DNA of 64,000 nucleotides from the human T2T-CHM13v2.0 reference genome, Homo sapiens: the NCBI RefSeq assembly GCF_009914755.1, contig NC_060925.1. One strand, given 5' to 3'. The notes below the pieces were generated by a model. It was given only the letters and a program-made list of their open reading frames with translations. It was not told the origin of the DNA and did not search any database. This document shows, in pieces, positions 1 to 11,858 of the stretch. A program made the position numbers and the translations under genes. Numbering within the stretch: position 1 is the stretch's first letter; every line of letters starts with the position of its first letter.

Positions 1-899
1 TGCAGAGGGTTTTATTTGTTTGGGTGTTTTAGTTGCTCTTTGCAACTTTAACTTGGTCCATTTCATTGTATTACCTCTTCTCAAATAATTCTATAATTTC
101 TTTGTCAGGTTCCAAACGGAAATAACCCTAGAATACCTTGTGCTCCATAGACGGTAATTCCTTTTCTCCTTCCCTACAAAAGTGATGTTTCAGGAAACGA
201 AGTTAGACGGAATTCTGGGATAATGGCTTTATCTGGCAGCCTATGCTACTACTGAGGAGAAAAAATGGTGAACATTTGGTAGACCCTATGGCACCTGCAA
301 AACTCAAGCAGTCATATAGGATGGGAAATTGACATGATAATGAGCTCATTTGTATTCCCATTTACGGCCCTTCCAATGACTTACTCGGAGACTGCTTAGC
401 GAAATCCTTTTGAGAGAATCTGACACAGCCTCCTCAATCTGGAGGTGTCTGTTTTTCTATTAAGGTGATCCCAAGACCCATTACAATTCACCAGTTCTGC
501 CCTATCTGTCCCTAGAGAGAAATTAAAAGAAGATGGGGAGCATGTTCAGAGAAATAAATGTTGGGAGAAACGTTACTACTCAAACATTGAAAAAAACTTC
601 CTTAATTCAACCTAATTAAGGATGAAGATCAATCTGAATTAGAGTACATTTCATGTAGAAAAGTTTTTTTAAAAAAACATCTCATTCTTTTTGGAATGAA
701 ACAGAATATAAATAAATATTTTTTAAAAACATATTAAAGATGGTGGGAAACAAAAACAACAAATCATTTCCAAGTAGAGACTGCTTCAATGAACAGGTAA
801 GGCCATATCATAATTAAAACAATTATCTAGATGCAGACAATTAACCTACTAAGTCCTTAGGCTCAGTTCTTCACAAACAATGTAAAGCAACAGCAAGTG

Positions 900-900
<1 letters not shown>

Positions 901-945
<45 letters not shown>
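901..945. repeat. Pure poly(T)45 tract
   Basis: 45 uninterrupted T residues, counted directly. Confidence 0.97.
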
Positions 946-946
<1 letters not shown>

Positions 947-947
<1 letters not shown>

Positions 948-1120
948 AGTGGTTCTCAGCCAGAGCTGTTCATCAAAAGTACCCCAGGGTATTTTCAAAA
1001 TACAAATGCCCAGACTCACTCCAAATGTATTCCATCAGGGCACTTGTGGAAGGACAGGAAAAAAATGAGCGTGCACCCTTTGGAAAAAAAACTCCCAAGT
1101 TGATTCTTATGTGCAGCCTT
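947..1120. mobile_element. MER5-like hAT-Charlie non-autonomous DNA transposon
   Basis: Starts CAGTGGTTCTCA and has the MER5-type end motif ctcccaagttgattcttatgtgcagcc. Confidence 0.6.
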
Positions 1121-2049
1121 AGCCAAAAACATGAATTTATTGAACATCCACTATCTTATAAACATTTTGCTTAGATAATCTTACAGATGGGGAATCTTAA
1201 GAAGTTACACAGACAAAATTTTGAATATCTGGTTCCAACTTCCATGCTTTGTCCTTAGCACTACATGCCCTATAAGATAACGTCAAGAAAGCCGAAATGC
1301 ACCTCCTAGTTAGTAAGACTTAACTAGAAGTTAAGAAACAGAGGCTGATCCCAAATAAAAATATGCTAATCCCTGGCTGCTTAGAGAACTGAGCATACAC
1401 CACGCTTCCCGAGATGTGCAGAGCTGGTCCTGGGTATAGTTCCCATAGAAAGAAATGGCAGCTGCAACACTGCCCGGCTTTTGAGTCTCTTTTCCTACAC
1501 ATGTGGTAGGAATTGTCACCTACCCCAGAGCTATATATTATACCTGAACAAACCTTTGCCCAAACATGTAGTGTTTCCTTGCTAGGACACATCTGGCCTG
1601 CTCCTTGAACTGGAGCTCTGAGATTAGCTGGCCAGATTCCAACTGAGAAGGCTTTTTATCTTTCTCACAGTGACAGGCAGCATTGGGAAGCCCCAGAGAT
1701 CCGGCACAGGAAGGATGTTGATGATATTGTGGATGATGTTGCTGATGATATCTGAGAAAATCATCTTCCCCAAATGCCATCACGTCCATTGTCATCTGAC
1801 AAGACCAGGCAGCAGTCTCTACTGCCTATCATGTCTAGTTGAATTCTCTCAGCCTGTGAGCACCCTCCATCAATTTGCCTCCTCATCTACCATCCCTTTA
1901 ACCTGCTTTGTCCTCCCCAAAAGTAAGGGTTGGGTTCTTAACTCAGCCCATGTTCACAGTAGCCTTCACTCAGGGAAAACAACATCCTAGTCCACCACAG
2001 TCACCCTTTATCACATGATGACCACAGCAGCTTGTGGGAATAGGCAATG

Positions 2050-2180
2050 CACACCTTTGGGAGGCAGACTACCTGGATTTGCACCCTGCCTCTGGGCAAG
2101 TCACTTAACTTCTCAGAATCTCAATTTCCTTTTCTGCCAATGGGCTTGATAACATCTGTCCTGTGAGATTATGGCTGTGA
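2050..2180 (+). mobile_element. MIR SINE fragment
   Basis: MIR core-like gggcaagtcacttaacttctcagaatctcaatttcc. Confidence 0.7.
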
Positions 2181-3136
2181 GAGAGGCTTCTGGAGGCAAG
2201 GAGAACAGAATCCAATGAGATTATACTATGAAATTATCATTCATAGTACAATCTGGAATTATACTATGGAGGTATACTATGAAGGCTGGAGGTCTCATCT
2301 CTTTTTTACCCATCCTCACTCCATACAAGGGACAGGTGTGTGTTATCAAGTTAGTCGGTTATCCATTCTCTGCACTCACAATCTCCTGAATGATTACAGA
2401 TGCCCAGAGATTAAGGCTTTGTCACTTTCCAGAAGAACCTCCCTGAGACAGAATCTCCTTATCACTAACCTAACCCTCTCTCATTACTTAGGTTTAAGTC
2501 CCTGTCTTACCTGCTTTTCTTAGAAAATGAAAGATATAGACAATTGCTACACACTACAAAAGAGACCTCCCTGGCACTGAAGCCACCATGTGCCTATATT
2601 CCTGTCCGCTCCTATGATGGTAGTGGCAGTGAAGAGCTACATGACAGGGCAGCACATTGAGACCTGGAGGAAACATGGCAAACAGAGAGGTCGCTGATCT
2701 GGGAATCAGGACCCCTGACACCCACTCAAGACACAGCCGCTAACTGAACCTTCCTCACACAAGTCACTTTCTTTGTTGTTCCTCAGTTGTGACTTCTACA
2801 ATGTGCAGAGCCAATCTCTAAGGTCCCATCAAGCAAGAAGATTCCTTGATCTAGAAAAATGCTTACTAGCAACACCGTCACTGCATTGTTGCATACTGTC
2901 ATTATGAAATCGTTCATATCTGTGACACGTGTTTTATGTCTATTACATGTCTTTTGGTAATAGAAGTAATCATCGTTCTTCAAACAGTAGAAGAGAGCCT
3001 CAGGGAATAGAAGCCTTTTTCAGGCTTGTAGAGTGACTGAATGAGGGTTCTCATTCTGAACTATGATCTTAGCTTCAGAGCGTCATCTTTTCTGCATACA
3101 TACACAATAACACAACATTGCCTTAGCGCGCTCGCT

Positions 3137-3162
3137 GTCTCTCTCGCTCTCTCTCTCTCTCT
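3137..3162. repeat. (CT)n microsatellite, imperfect
   Basis: gtctctctcgctctctctctctctct. Confidence 0.8.
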
Positions 3163-3971
3163 TTTTCCAGAAAGGAAATTTCAGGAGTTGAACTATTTAA
3201 GAATTCTCAAATATAATCCTTTCACACCACCACCAATAAATAGAGCAATATTAAGGCTAAACCTAATTTTTATTTTTTAAAAAGAGGCTGTTCTATGTTC
3301 TTCGAAGCGATTTTTCTTTTAAAAATGTATTTTCAACTGGTCATTCTCACCACCTTCTTGCAGACCTCTTAATTTTCTGTGGGACAGATTTATACACTCC
3401 AGATGCTGAGCTGAAGCCGCTATAATTCCACCTGCCACATCTGGCTCTTTGGCACGCCAGGCCGGAAGCTTCAAAGTTGCATCTCTGCGCCATTCGTGGT
3501 TAGACTGCTGGCTGCTGCTTTATCTCCTTGGATGTAATTTTCCTTTGATTCACCTATAATTCTGAAGAATTGATGCATTTGTATCCATTTTGAATAAGGT
3601 TCTATACAAATGCTTCATTTGATCTCTGAGCAGACCCTTTTATTTCCTCTTATGTGGCCTCGCCTTTAATTCAAGCATAAGCCTTAGAGCAACTCTGAAC
3701 CACTGTGCCTGATTCTTTGCACAAGCAGTTTTGTTTGTTCCAAGTGCCCTGGTTCTTGTTCTTGGGGGAAGAAAAGACAGTGGTGGGGGGAGGGGAGCCA
3801 TTCATGTTCCTGCATTTGAGAAGGGGAAGGGACAGACAGGTGCGCTTCAGTGATGTCTACTCCACCCCTTTCTCATTCAGACACAGCCTTAATATTATAC
3901 CCTCTATTTTTTCAAACAACCCGATTCCTTTAGGAGGCACAGATGAGGACATATGAAGTGTTACTACAAAG

Positions 3972-4165
3972 CATCATTCCTTAAAGTGTGTCCTACAGAA
4001 CTTTCATCGATTAGATGCTTTGAATAGCCCCCTGCAGAGATCACAGTACACATTAACATACTAAATGTTCTGAGAAGTCCTGCAGCATAGAAACATAGAC
4101 ACATTTGATTTTCTCAAGCAGTTTCCCAAATTTGTTTGAATATAAAGCTTGTTTTCACTTAACAC
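3972..4165. mobile_element. Old hAT-Charlie-type non-autonomous element, family uncertain
   Basis: Motifs aaagtgtgtcctacagaac, ctgagaagtcctgcagc and agtttcccaaatttgtttga resemble Charlie-type MITEs. Confidence 0.4.
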
Positions 4166-5264
4166 CCATTAGCCTCCCATCAGAGCCTCGTTGGTGGGTG
4201 CTGCTGTGAAGGAACGTTCTTGGTTCCCCTTAATGAGTACACAGCACTGACATAGCCCGGTGGCTCCGCAGCCATGCCGGGAAGCGGGGCATTTATTGTC
4301 TCAAAGTTGTCATAGTTCAAAACAACTGTAGTCAAAAGAGGGAATGGGACCAATTTTCCTGAGTGTCTCAAACACCGAAAACAAACAAACAAAAAACCAA
4401 CCTTGACTCCAACGTATCAGAGTAATTCAAGACTAATTTTCCCAAAAGAAACAACATTTAAATAAAGGTAAACAAGGATAAGGGTATGGTGTCCTAAGAC
4501 AATTACTTGGGGAAAATTTTTATTTGAATGCCTAAATTCTAGGGTTTTTTGTTTGTTTTCGTTTTTGTTTTTCACCTAAAAGCTCGTACCAATCTTTTTA
4601 CATCTATATCCTGTGGTCAATGTATAGATATGGTTATGGTAGGGCCTAAGTGTTCCCCGGTTTGGCATAGGCAAATTCAACTATTCACAAGGGATCTCAA
4701 ATGCCCATGATATGTCCTTTTCCAATTTGCTAAAACCCGCTGATAACCAAGTTACACATTTCATATCTAGTGTGTGAGTTCAAATTACCACCCAGCATCC
4801 ACATCCATGAAGTTTTGGGTTCTCTTCTTTCTGTAGGCAGAAATTTTATGGAAATGATAAAACTTTTCAGATTAAGATGAATTTATATTTAGACTCACTA
4901 TTGTATTATAATAAGGTAATGTGATAAAAGAGTTGTCAGAATAGACTTTTCAAAATAATTTTATAAATTACCTATTTATTTCTAAAACCATTGAGGGTCT
5001 GAGAAGGGCTTAAATGTTTTAGTTATGCATTACTTCATTTAATTAGAAAAAGCCTATGCCAGATTTGCTTTTGTGAATTTGGTGATTTTTAAAGGACTAC
5101 AAATTTCTATCCCACCCAATTTTTAGCTATTTATCTGATTTGTAACTAGTATTTATCTAATTTGTGATTGATTCATCTCTTACTATTTTTTTTATTTCTT
5201 CCACAAACCAAATCAAATTAGTAGACGTGAGACAACTGAAGTAGCAGGAATATATTAAAAGGGA

Positions 5265-5615
5265 TGTATTGGGCCATTCTTATATTGCTAGAAAAGAGGT
5301 TTAATTGGCTTAAAGTTCTGCAGGCTGTACAAAAAGTGGTGCCAGCATCTGCTCCAGTAAGGAGCTCAGGAAGCCTACAATAATGGCGGAAGGCTAACGG
5401 GGAGCCGGAGCATCACATCGTGAGAGCAGAAGCAAGAGACAGAGTGGGGAAGTGTCATACACTTTTAAACAACAAGATCTCATGAGAACTCACTCACTAT
5501 CATGAGGACGGCACCAAGCCATTCCTGAGGGATCCACCCCCACAGCCCAAACACCTCCCACCAGGCCCTACCTCCAACATGAGATTTAAGGGGGACTAAC
5601 ATCCAAACTACATCA
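5265..5615 (-). mobile_element. MST-family (MSTA/MSTB) MaLR solo LTR
   Basis: TG...CA termini; typical MST motifs (gaggtttaattggct, gaactcactcactatcatgagga, catccaaactacatca); 5-bp TSD aggga/agggg. Confidence 0.88.
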
Positions 5616-5959
5616 AGGGGTTTTCACACTGAACTACATAATCTATGATATTCGTTCCAATGCATAGATTATATCAGTCTTCAAACTTTAGTCACTTTTA
5701 TGAAATGGTAATGATAGTTGAAGCTTTCATGGTCAAGTTTCTATTTATACCATGAACTCCAGCAAGAAAATTTGAGCATTATGAACTCACAAACTCCTAA
5801 CTCTTACGTAAAGAGTTAGAAGGCCAAAATTCTACCACCAAACTAACATGTGGATGCTGCATAGGCTATTACAATTATTCAAGTTAACACATTTACACAC
5901 ACACAAAAAAAAGATAATAATGACAATACCTTATATATACTTTATGGTTTACAAAATAC

Positions 5960-6660
5960 AAGCCAGACTGCTGCAGTTCAAACCACAACTCCAATCCTTA
6001 CTAGCTTTGTGGCCTTGGTGAAGTCACTTGACCTTTCTGTGGCTCAGTTCCCTAATCTATAAAATGGGGACAGTAATAATGTTACAGTAGGTAGCTAGCC
6101 AGGTATGAGCAGGACAGGAGAGGGCTTCCCCAGCACACATCACGAGAGGTGGGCAACCATCAGGGATGGTCAGGCAGTTGTTAACCACTTCTCTAAAGTA
6201 ATAATTGATCGCAGCTGGAGCTAATAGAGAGCAAACACCTGAAACTGATCAGTAGCTTCCCAGTAAGATCTCAGAAGTGGGGAGAAGTAATGCAAGATCC
6301 TTGAAGTATGTCAATGTATAAAACCCCAAGTCTTGGTTTCTCAAGTCGCCCCTTTTGCCCTCTCCCAAGTTGTACTTTCCTTCCTGTTCTAAAGCTTTTT
6401 AATAAACTTTCACTCCTGCTCAGAAACTCCCCTTGGTCTCCTCTTCTGCTTTATGCCCCTGAGTTGAATTATTTCTTCTAAGGAGGCAAGGACTGAAGTT
6501 GCTACGGACCTGTGCGGATACACTGCCAGTAATGCAGGTAACTCAGATTCCTGCCACCCATAACACATTTGGTGCCGTGAATTATTTGCCACCGCTAACA
6601 ATAATACTCTCTCTTAGGGTGGCTGTGATGATTAAAGAGTTAATAAATGCTGCCATCATC
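5960..6660 (+). mobile_element. MIR split by the LTR at 6080-6600
   Basis: MIR core (aagtcacttgacctttctgtggctcagttccctaatctataaaatgggg) before the LTR, MIR tail (gtgatgattaaagagttaata) after it. Confidence 0.7.
6080..6600 (+). mobile_element. ERV1 solo LTR, MER50-like
   Basis: TGTTACAGTAGGTAGCTAG...TAACA termini, TATAAAA near 6317, AATAAA at 6401, 4-bp TSD ATAA on both sides. Confidence 0.8.
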
Positions 6661-6809
6661 ATCATCAACATCTCAGCTGATTCTCAAAACAACCCTAGGA
6701 GGCAATGGGTGAGATATTATCATAAACCTGCATATGAGGCATGTTTAATGATTTGCTCAAGGTTACATATCTAGTAAAAGGCAAAATAGCATCTCAAAAA
6801 TGGTTCTTC

Positions 6810-7139
6810 AAGTTAGACAGAAGGAGTAAGTTCTGAAGATCCATTGTACAGCATGGTGAGCACAGTTAATAAGAATGTATTGTATATTAAAAATTGCTGA
6901 GAGTAGATTTTAAATACTCTCATCACAAAAATAAGTGTGTGAGGTGATGGATATGTTAATACAGTCATATTAACATATATATGTTAATACATAACATATA
7001 TATCAAGTTATCAGTATAATGATATAACCATTCCACAGCCATATACATGCATCAAAACATCACATTGTACACCATATACACACTTTTCATTTGCCAATTA
7101 AAAATTAATTAATTAAGATTGAAAATCAAAAATTGAAAA
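6810..7139 (+). mobile_element. 5'-truncated L1MA/L1MB 3' end with intact TSD
   Basis: L1M 3'-UTR motifs (aaaattgctgagagtagattttaaa, gaggtgatggatatgttaat), A-rich tail, TSD caaaaatggttcttc at 6795-6809 and 7140-7154. Confidence 0.88.
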
Positions 7140-8719
7140 CAAAAATGGTTCTTCTGACCAAGGGCACCCCATCATCTACAGGCTCTAGGACAAGAGTGTA
7201 AGTGGAGGCCCACATACCATAATTCTGAATGTTTAAAATTTATAAATCAAGCTACCAAATTTTTAAATGCAATATGTTCAAGACTCCTATCTTAACAAAT
7301 ATTTCTCCATAACGCAAATATGCAAAAATAAATCTAAAACTAAAATTTGTGCACACACCCACACACAATTAGGTAAAATAGCAAATATGAAATTAATATT
7401 GAGTATGTCTAAATACTATACTGATGAGCCAGAAATATATGGATGAGCAATAAAAATGTAATCTTTACATATGTATATTATATCCACTTATAAAATTTAT
7501 TTCTCTTACCTCCTTTTTAGCAAAATCATGAATTATATTGTTAAAATAACGATTTTCACATAATCTATGTTCCATTATCAGTAATACCAAATTAGACAAA
7601 CTTTCTTGAGCCACTGCCATTTTTAAATAATTTTTTAAATTTAATTTTATTTAAAAATTTTGCAGTAGTAACTGGAATTGTCAGTAAAAAAATACTTAGA
7701 GCAATACTTAGATTCAGAAATCCACCATGAATTTTACATATCATGTATAAACATTATAATGGGGTTATACATGAAAATTATCTTCATTGCAGAAAATATT
7801 GAAGCTCATTATATAAATCATCACTCATATGGCGATTTTCATCAGCTCTTTGAGCAGTATCTGGAATGATATAGTATTTCTTGAGTTCTTTCGAATTTTT
7901 CAATGTTTGGATATTTAAAGAAAACCAAAAACGTTACAATATGTTGCTCAATTTATTCAAATCCCTTTTCAATTGAGACTATATTTTGTTGCTTCTTGTC
8001 CACCATCCTGCAAATGTTTGCTTTCCTTGGTTTAATTTTCTTATTTTTTATTGCAATGTCACTATTGTTGAATATGTCACATGCAGTTCCTTTCATTATA
8101 GAAAAATTATTTTCTCTATAATTTAAAAATGTTTTAGCCATAAAAAAATAAACTAGGCAAAATCAAATCTATCTGTTTTGTAACTTTTCTGAGATTAATA
8201 AAAATTTATAGTGTATACCAAATAACCATGCATAGCACAAATTTAAAATTAATTTCATTTTCTACCAATGTCTACAATCTCCTTTTTATTTGAGGATTTT
8301 CTATTATTTCGCTTAACTGGTCTAGTGAATCTCATATCTTATCTAAATTTAGTCTAGTTATTTTAATATCATTGTGTTAGCATTTCCTTTATAAGTCTAA
8401 GAGTAGATGTAAGGTCAAATTTTATATTTTTCAGGGAGATGTTTCATCTTCAGAGAAATTTAGAAAATATAGTACATAATCTTTGATTTTTTGTATTTGT
8501 TTTCATTTATGAAGCAATATGGCCTAAGTACATAATATTTGACATGTTCCAATGAATTTCATCATTATCGATTGATGTCCTGTCTCCTAGTAACAAATTC
8601 GAACTATGCATGCAACATGACACAAAGAATACATCTGAGTGTCAGAAATACTAGTATGTACACCTTTTTCTAAGCACTCATGTTAACTCTATTATCCAAG
8701 GCTTGCTCTTGACAAACTT

Positions 8720-9028
8720 GTGTTTTTTGTTTGTTTGTTTTGTTTTTTGAGACAGTCTCACTCTGTCTCCCAGGCTGGAGTGCAGTGGCGCAATCTCGCC
8801 TTGCTGCAACCTCCGCCTCCTGGGTTCAAGCAATTCTCTACCCCAGCCTCCCAAGTAGCTGGGATTACAGGTGTCTGCCACCAAGCCTGGCTAATTTTTT
8901 TGTATTTTTAGTAGAGACAGGGTTTCACCATCTTGGCCAGGCTGGTCTTGAACTCCTGACCTCATGATCCACCGGCCTCAACCTCCCAAAGTGCTGGGAT
9001 TACAGGCGTGAGCCACCACATCCCAGTT
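8720..9028 (-). mobile_element. AluS, full length
   Basis: Reverse-complement Alu dimer; TSD gct(c/t)ttgacaaactt at 8705-8719 and 9029-9043. Confidence 0.95.
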
Positions 9029-9284
9029 GCTTTTGACAAACTTTTAATCAATCCCTAACATTGAAAAGTGTATTCTTCAATTAAGCCTGTATCTCAGGTA
9101 TAAAATCATTGAAATTCTCATTTATTTTGATGTTCTTGTTTTCTTCCTTTGCTAGTTCAAGAGAATCATGCAATAAATGTTAGATTTCAACACCGATTTT
9201 AGTCTCTTGCACAATGTAGTTGGTCTGCACAATATTTCCTCCTTCTGTTTCACGCATGATTTCTCTCATTTTACAGTCCTATCT

Positions 9285-9724
9285 AATAGTCAGCTTTTGA
9301 TGCAGCAACAAACAACCCCACAATCTCAGTGACTTGCAAGAATAAATACTTTTTGCTCACAAAGGTTTGGGGTAGAGTATAACCATATTAGGCCTTTGTA
9401 AGCTGTTCTAGGCTCTTCTGGGCTCTGCATGGTCCCACAAGTCTTCCTACTCCAGCACCCAAGATGAAGGAACATCCATTATCCAGAGCATGAGGTTCTC
9501 AAAGGGGAGGGCAGAAGACCTGTGTAGAGACACAGGCAATCCACACAAGCACGTGTAAAGCTTCTCCTTGGGTGAGGCGTATATCATGTCCTCTCACATT
9601 CTTCAGCCAAGGCAAATCACATAGCCAAGCCACGAGTGAATAGAATGGAAAAGTATATTCTAACTAGAGAAATGCATGGCAAGTGAAAGGAGAGGATGAA
9701 TAATTGTAAACAGTACTATCTACC
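9285..9724 (-). mobile_element. MLT1 (J/H/I-like) LTR, 3' LTR of a two-LTR element
   Basis: MLT1 motifs aacaaacaaccccacaatctcagtgactt and gccaaggcaaatcacatagccaagcc. Confidence 0.75.
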
Positions 9725-11034
9725 AAGATCACCCTCTTGAAAACAATTATTTGCTCTCTTCCAGAGAACCAAAGTAACATCCAATCGAGTCTTCAGGCTT
9801 AAAGCCTAGGATCTCATGATTTCCATCAAGCCCAATTGCAGCTCCTCTTGATCCAAAGATCTATGAACTTAGGGGGAAAATGTTTTTGTCCCCACACACT
9901 CAACACACAGTAATAAATTAGGAGGAGAATAACCACAATAAATATTTCTGCTCAGAAACAGAAGAAATGGGAGACACCAGTCCACAGCCATTCTGAAATC
10001 TCACCAAGCAAACATTGCCAATAGAAAATATTCCTTGATTAGGCCCCACTTCTACTCCCTGAGAGTGCTACCTGAGTTTATTCTTCTTCTCATCTCTTGC
10101 CTTCACTCTCTAGGAGTTCTGTCCTCTTTTATGATCATCCTTGGCCATATTGGAAAAGGGCATCAGAAAATCTATTCCCCTAGTGTTTAAGCAGCTTCTT
10201 ACATCTGTCCCTATAAACTTAGGTTATTTTGCAATTCACTCACAGTCTTTGTTAGTCCGTGCCAAAGTGCTTTTCATAACACAGGGCTAGTTTAAATGTT
10301 GGGGAGATTTATTTGTTTATATTTAATCTATTTGATTCCGGTCAACTTCATATGTTAATAGCTATATACACAATAATTTTCTACTCATGAATCTCACCCT
10401 CTCTCTATTTTTCTCCCTTAATCATGGTACCTTAAGCTTGTCAGCCTTCAGTGGGACCATGCCCTTCTTTTTGCTGTAAGCTATTTTGTCCAACTGATAT
10501 AATTTACTGGGAGCTACCTTATTTATTCAGTCAGATATCTCAGTGAAAGTTGTGTAAGCCATGCTCTTGATTTGGTCTTGTTCCCAGGCTGTATCTTAGT
10601 GGCAACACACCTGCATTTAGCCCTTGCCCTCAGGTTACACATTAGAATGAGAATTTTTTTGGAAAGAAATGAGAAGCAGTAGCATAGATTAAATCAGCAA
10701 ATCTCAGAATTTCTGAATTCTCATATTTTCCCTTTCATTCCTCATTACAAACAGGCTAATTCTTTTCTCGGTTCATCTCTTTCTTACAGTTTCTTATCAA
10801 ATGCAGCCAGTAACAACTAACCTATGTGACCAGCATTCTATCTCAAAGCCGCCTCACACAAAGCCATAAATTCAATAGGTACATTTCCCACCCATGACAG
10901 TTTTACCAAGTGTTTCACCAATGTATAATGTAAGTTGCCATTTTTCCAGATTCCCATTATATTCTTGATGCCTGAAACAATGCCACATATTTGAAGCTTT
11001 TCTTATGGCAGAGACCACTCCCAGTACCAATTCC
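9725..11034 (-). mobile_element. MLT1 internal region
   Basis: Lies between two same-orientation MLT1 LTRs and ends in ccactcccagtaccaattcc, the reverse complement of the typical MaLR-int start GGAATTGGTACTGGGAGTGG. Confidence 0.7.
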
Positions 11035-11490
11035 TGTATTTATCAGCTTTTGTGGTTGCAACAACCACAAAAATATCAGTGGCTTCTAACAACTAGCATT
11101 AATTTCTTGCTTGCGTCACTTGAGGGCTATGGGTTAGATTAGTTCTGCTGAGATCTACCCGGCTCTGTTAGGCTCTTTGGAGTTCCAATGACACCTGATT
11201 GGCTCTAAAAGTCTTCTCTATCTGGGACCCAGGGTAAAGGACCACTCGCTGCTGGGGTATGCTTTTCTCATGGTGGAGGACAGAAGATCAAAGGGGAAGT
11301 TGAGTCAAACCACACAAGCACATTAAAGCTTCAGTTTGGACTCTATGTAGGTCATATCCACGGGACACTGTGAGTCATATGGCCAAACTCAAAGTCAGCT
11401 GGGTAGGGAATATATATCCTTCCTATAAGAAAGCTTGGCAAGGATGGGGAGGAAGGAAATAATTAGGAACAAATAATATAATCTATCCCA
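11035..11490 (-). mobile_element. MLT1 LTR, 5' LTR of the two-LTR element
   Basis: tgtatttatcagctttt start, gagtcatatggccaaactcaaagtc, aacaaataatataatcta end; shares motifs with 9285-9724. Confidence 0.75.
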
Positions 11491-11581
11491 CCCATTAATA
11501 GAATCATCTCATTTTGAATTCTCCATTCTAGATAGTGATAATTTATTTCATTTTTATATGTGCATACATAGTTACATTAAG

Positions 11582-11858
11582 TTTGTTGTTTGTTTTGTTT
11601 TTTTGAGAGTGAGACAGGGTCTCACTCGTTCTCCCAGGCTGGAGCATAGTGGTGCAATCATGGCTCATTGCAGCCTTGACCACCTGGGCTCAAGCCATCC
11701 TTCTGCATTAGCCTCCCAAGTAGCTGGGCCTACAAGCATGCACCACCACATCCAGCAATTTTTTTTTATTTTAGAGACAGGATCTCACTATGTTGCCCAG
11801 GCCTGCCTCATAGTCCCAAAGTACTGGGATTACAGGCATGAGTCACTGTACTCAGCCT
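11582..11858 (-). mobile_element. AluJ with an internal deletion in the left arm
   Basis: Reverse-complement Alu with J-type features (gctcattgcagccttgacc, cactatgttgcccaggc). Confidence 0.9.

Larger units (their letters stand above)
7500..11570 (-). pseudogene. Fossil hAT transposase ORF with stops and frameshifts, interrupted by an Alu and MLT1
   Basis: Manual minus-strand translation gives, in order: HYLEWRIQNEMI (~11540-11500), INENFNDFIP (~9120), CQEQALDNRVNMS (~8715-8675), FFVSCCMHSSNLLLGD (CxxH, ~8630-8583), FKFVLCMVIWY (~8247-8215), IPVTTA then KNYLKMAVAQESLSNLVLL..E..IIHDFAKK (dimerisation domain, ~7680-7510). Confidence 0.85.
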
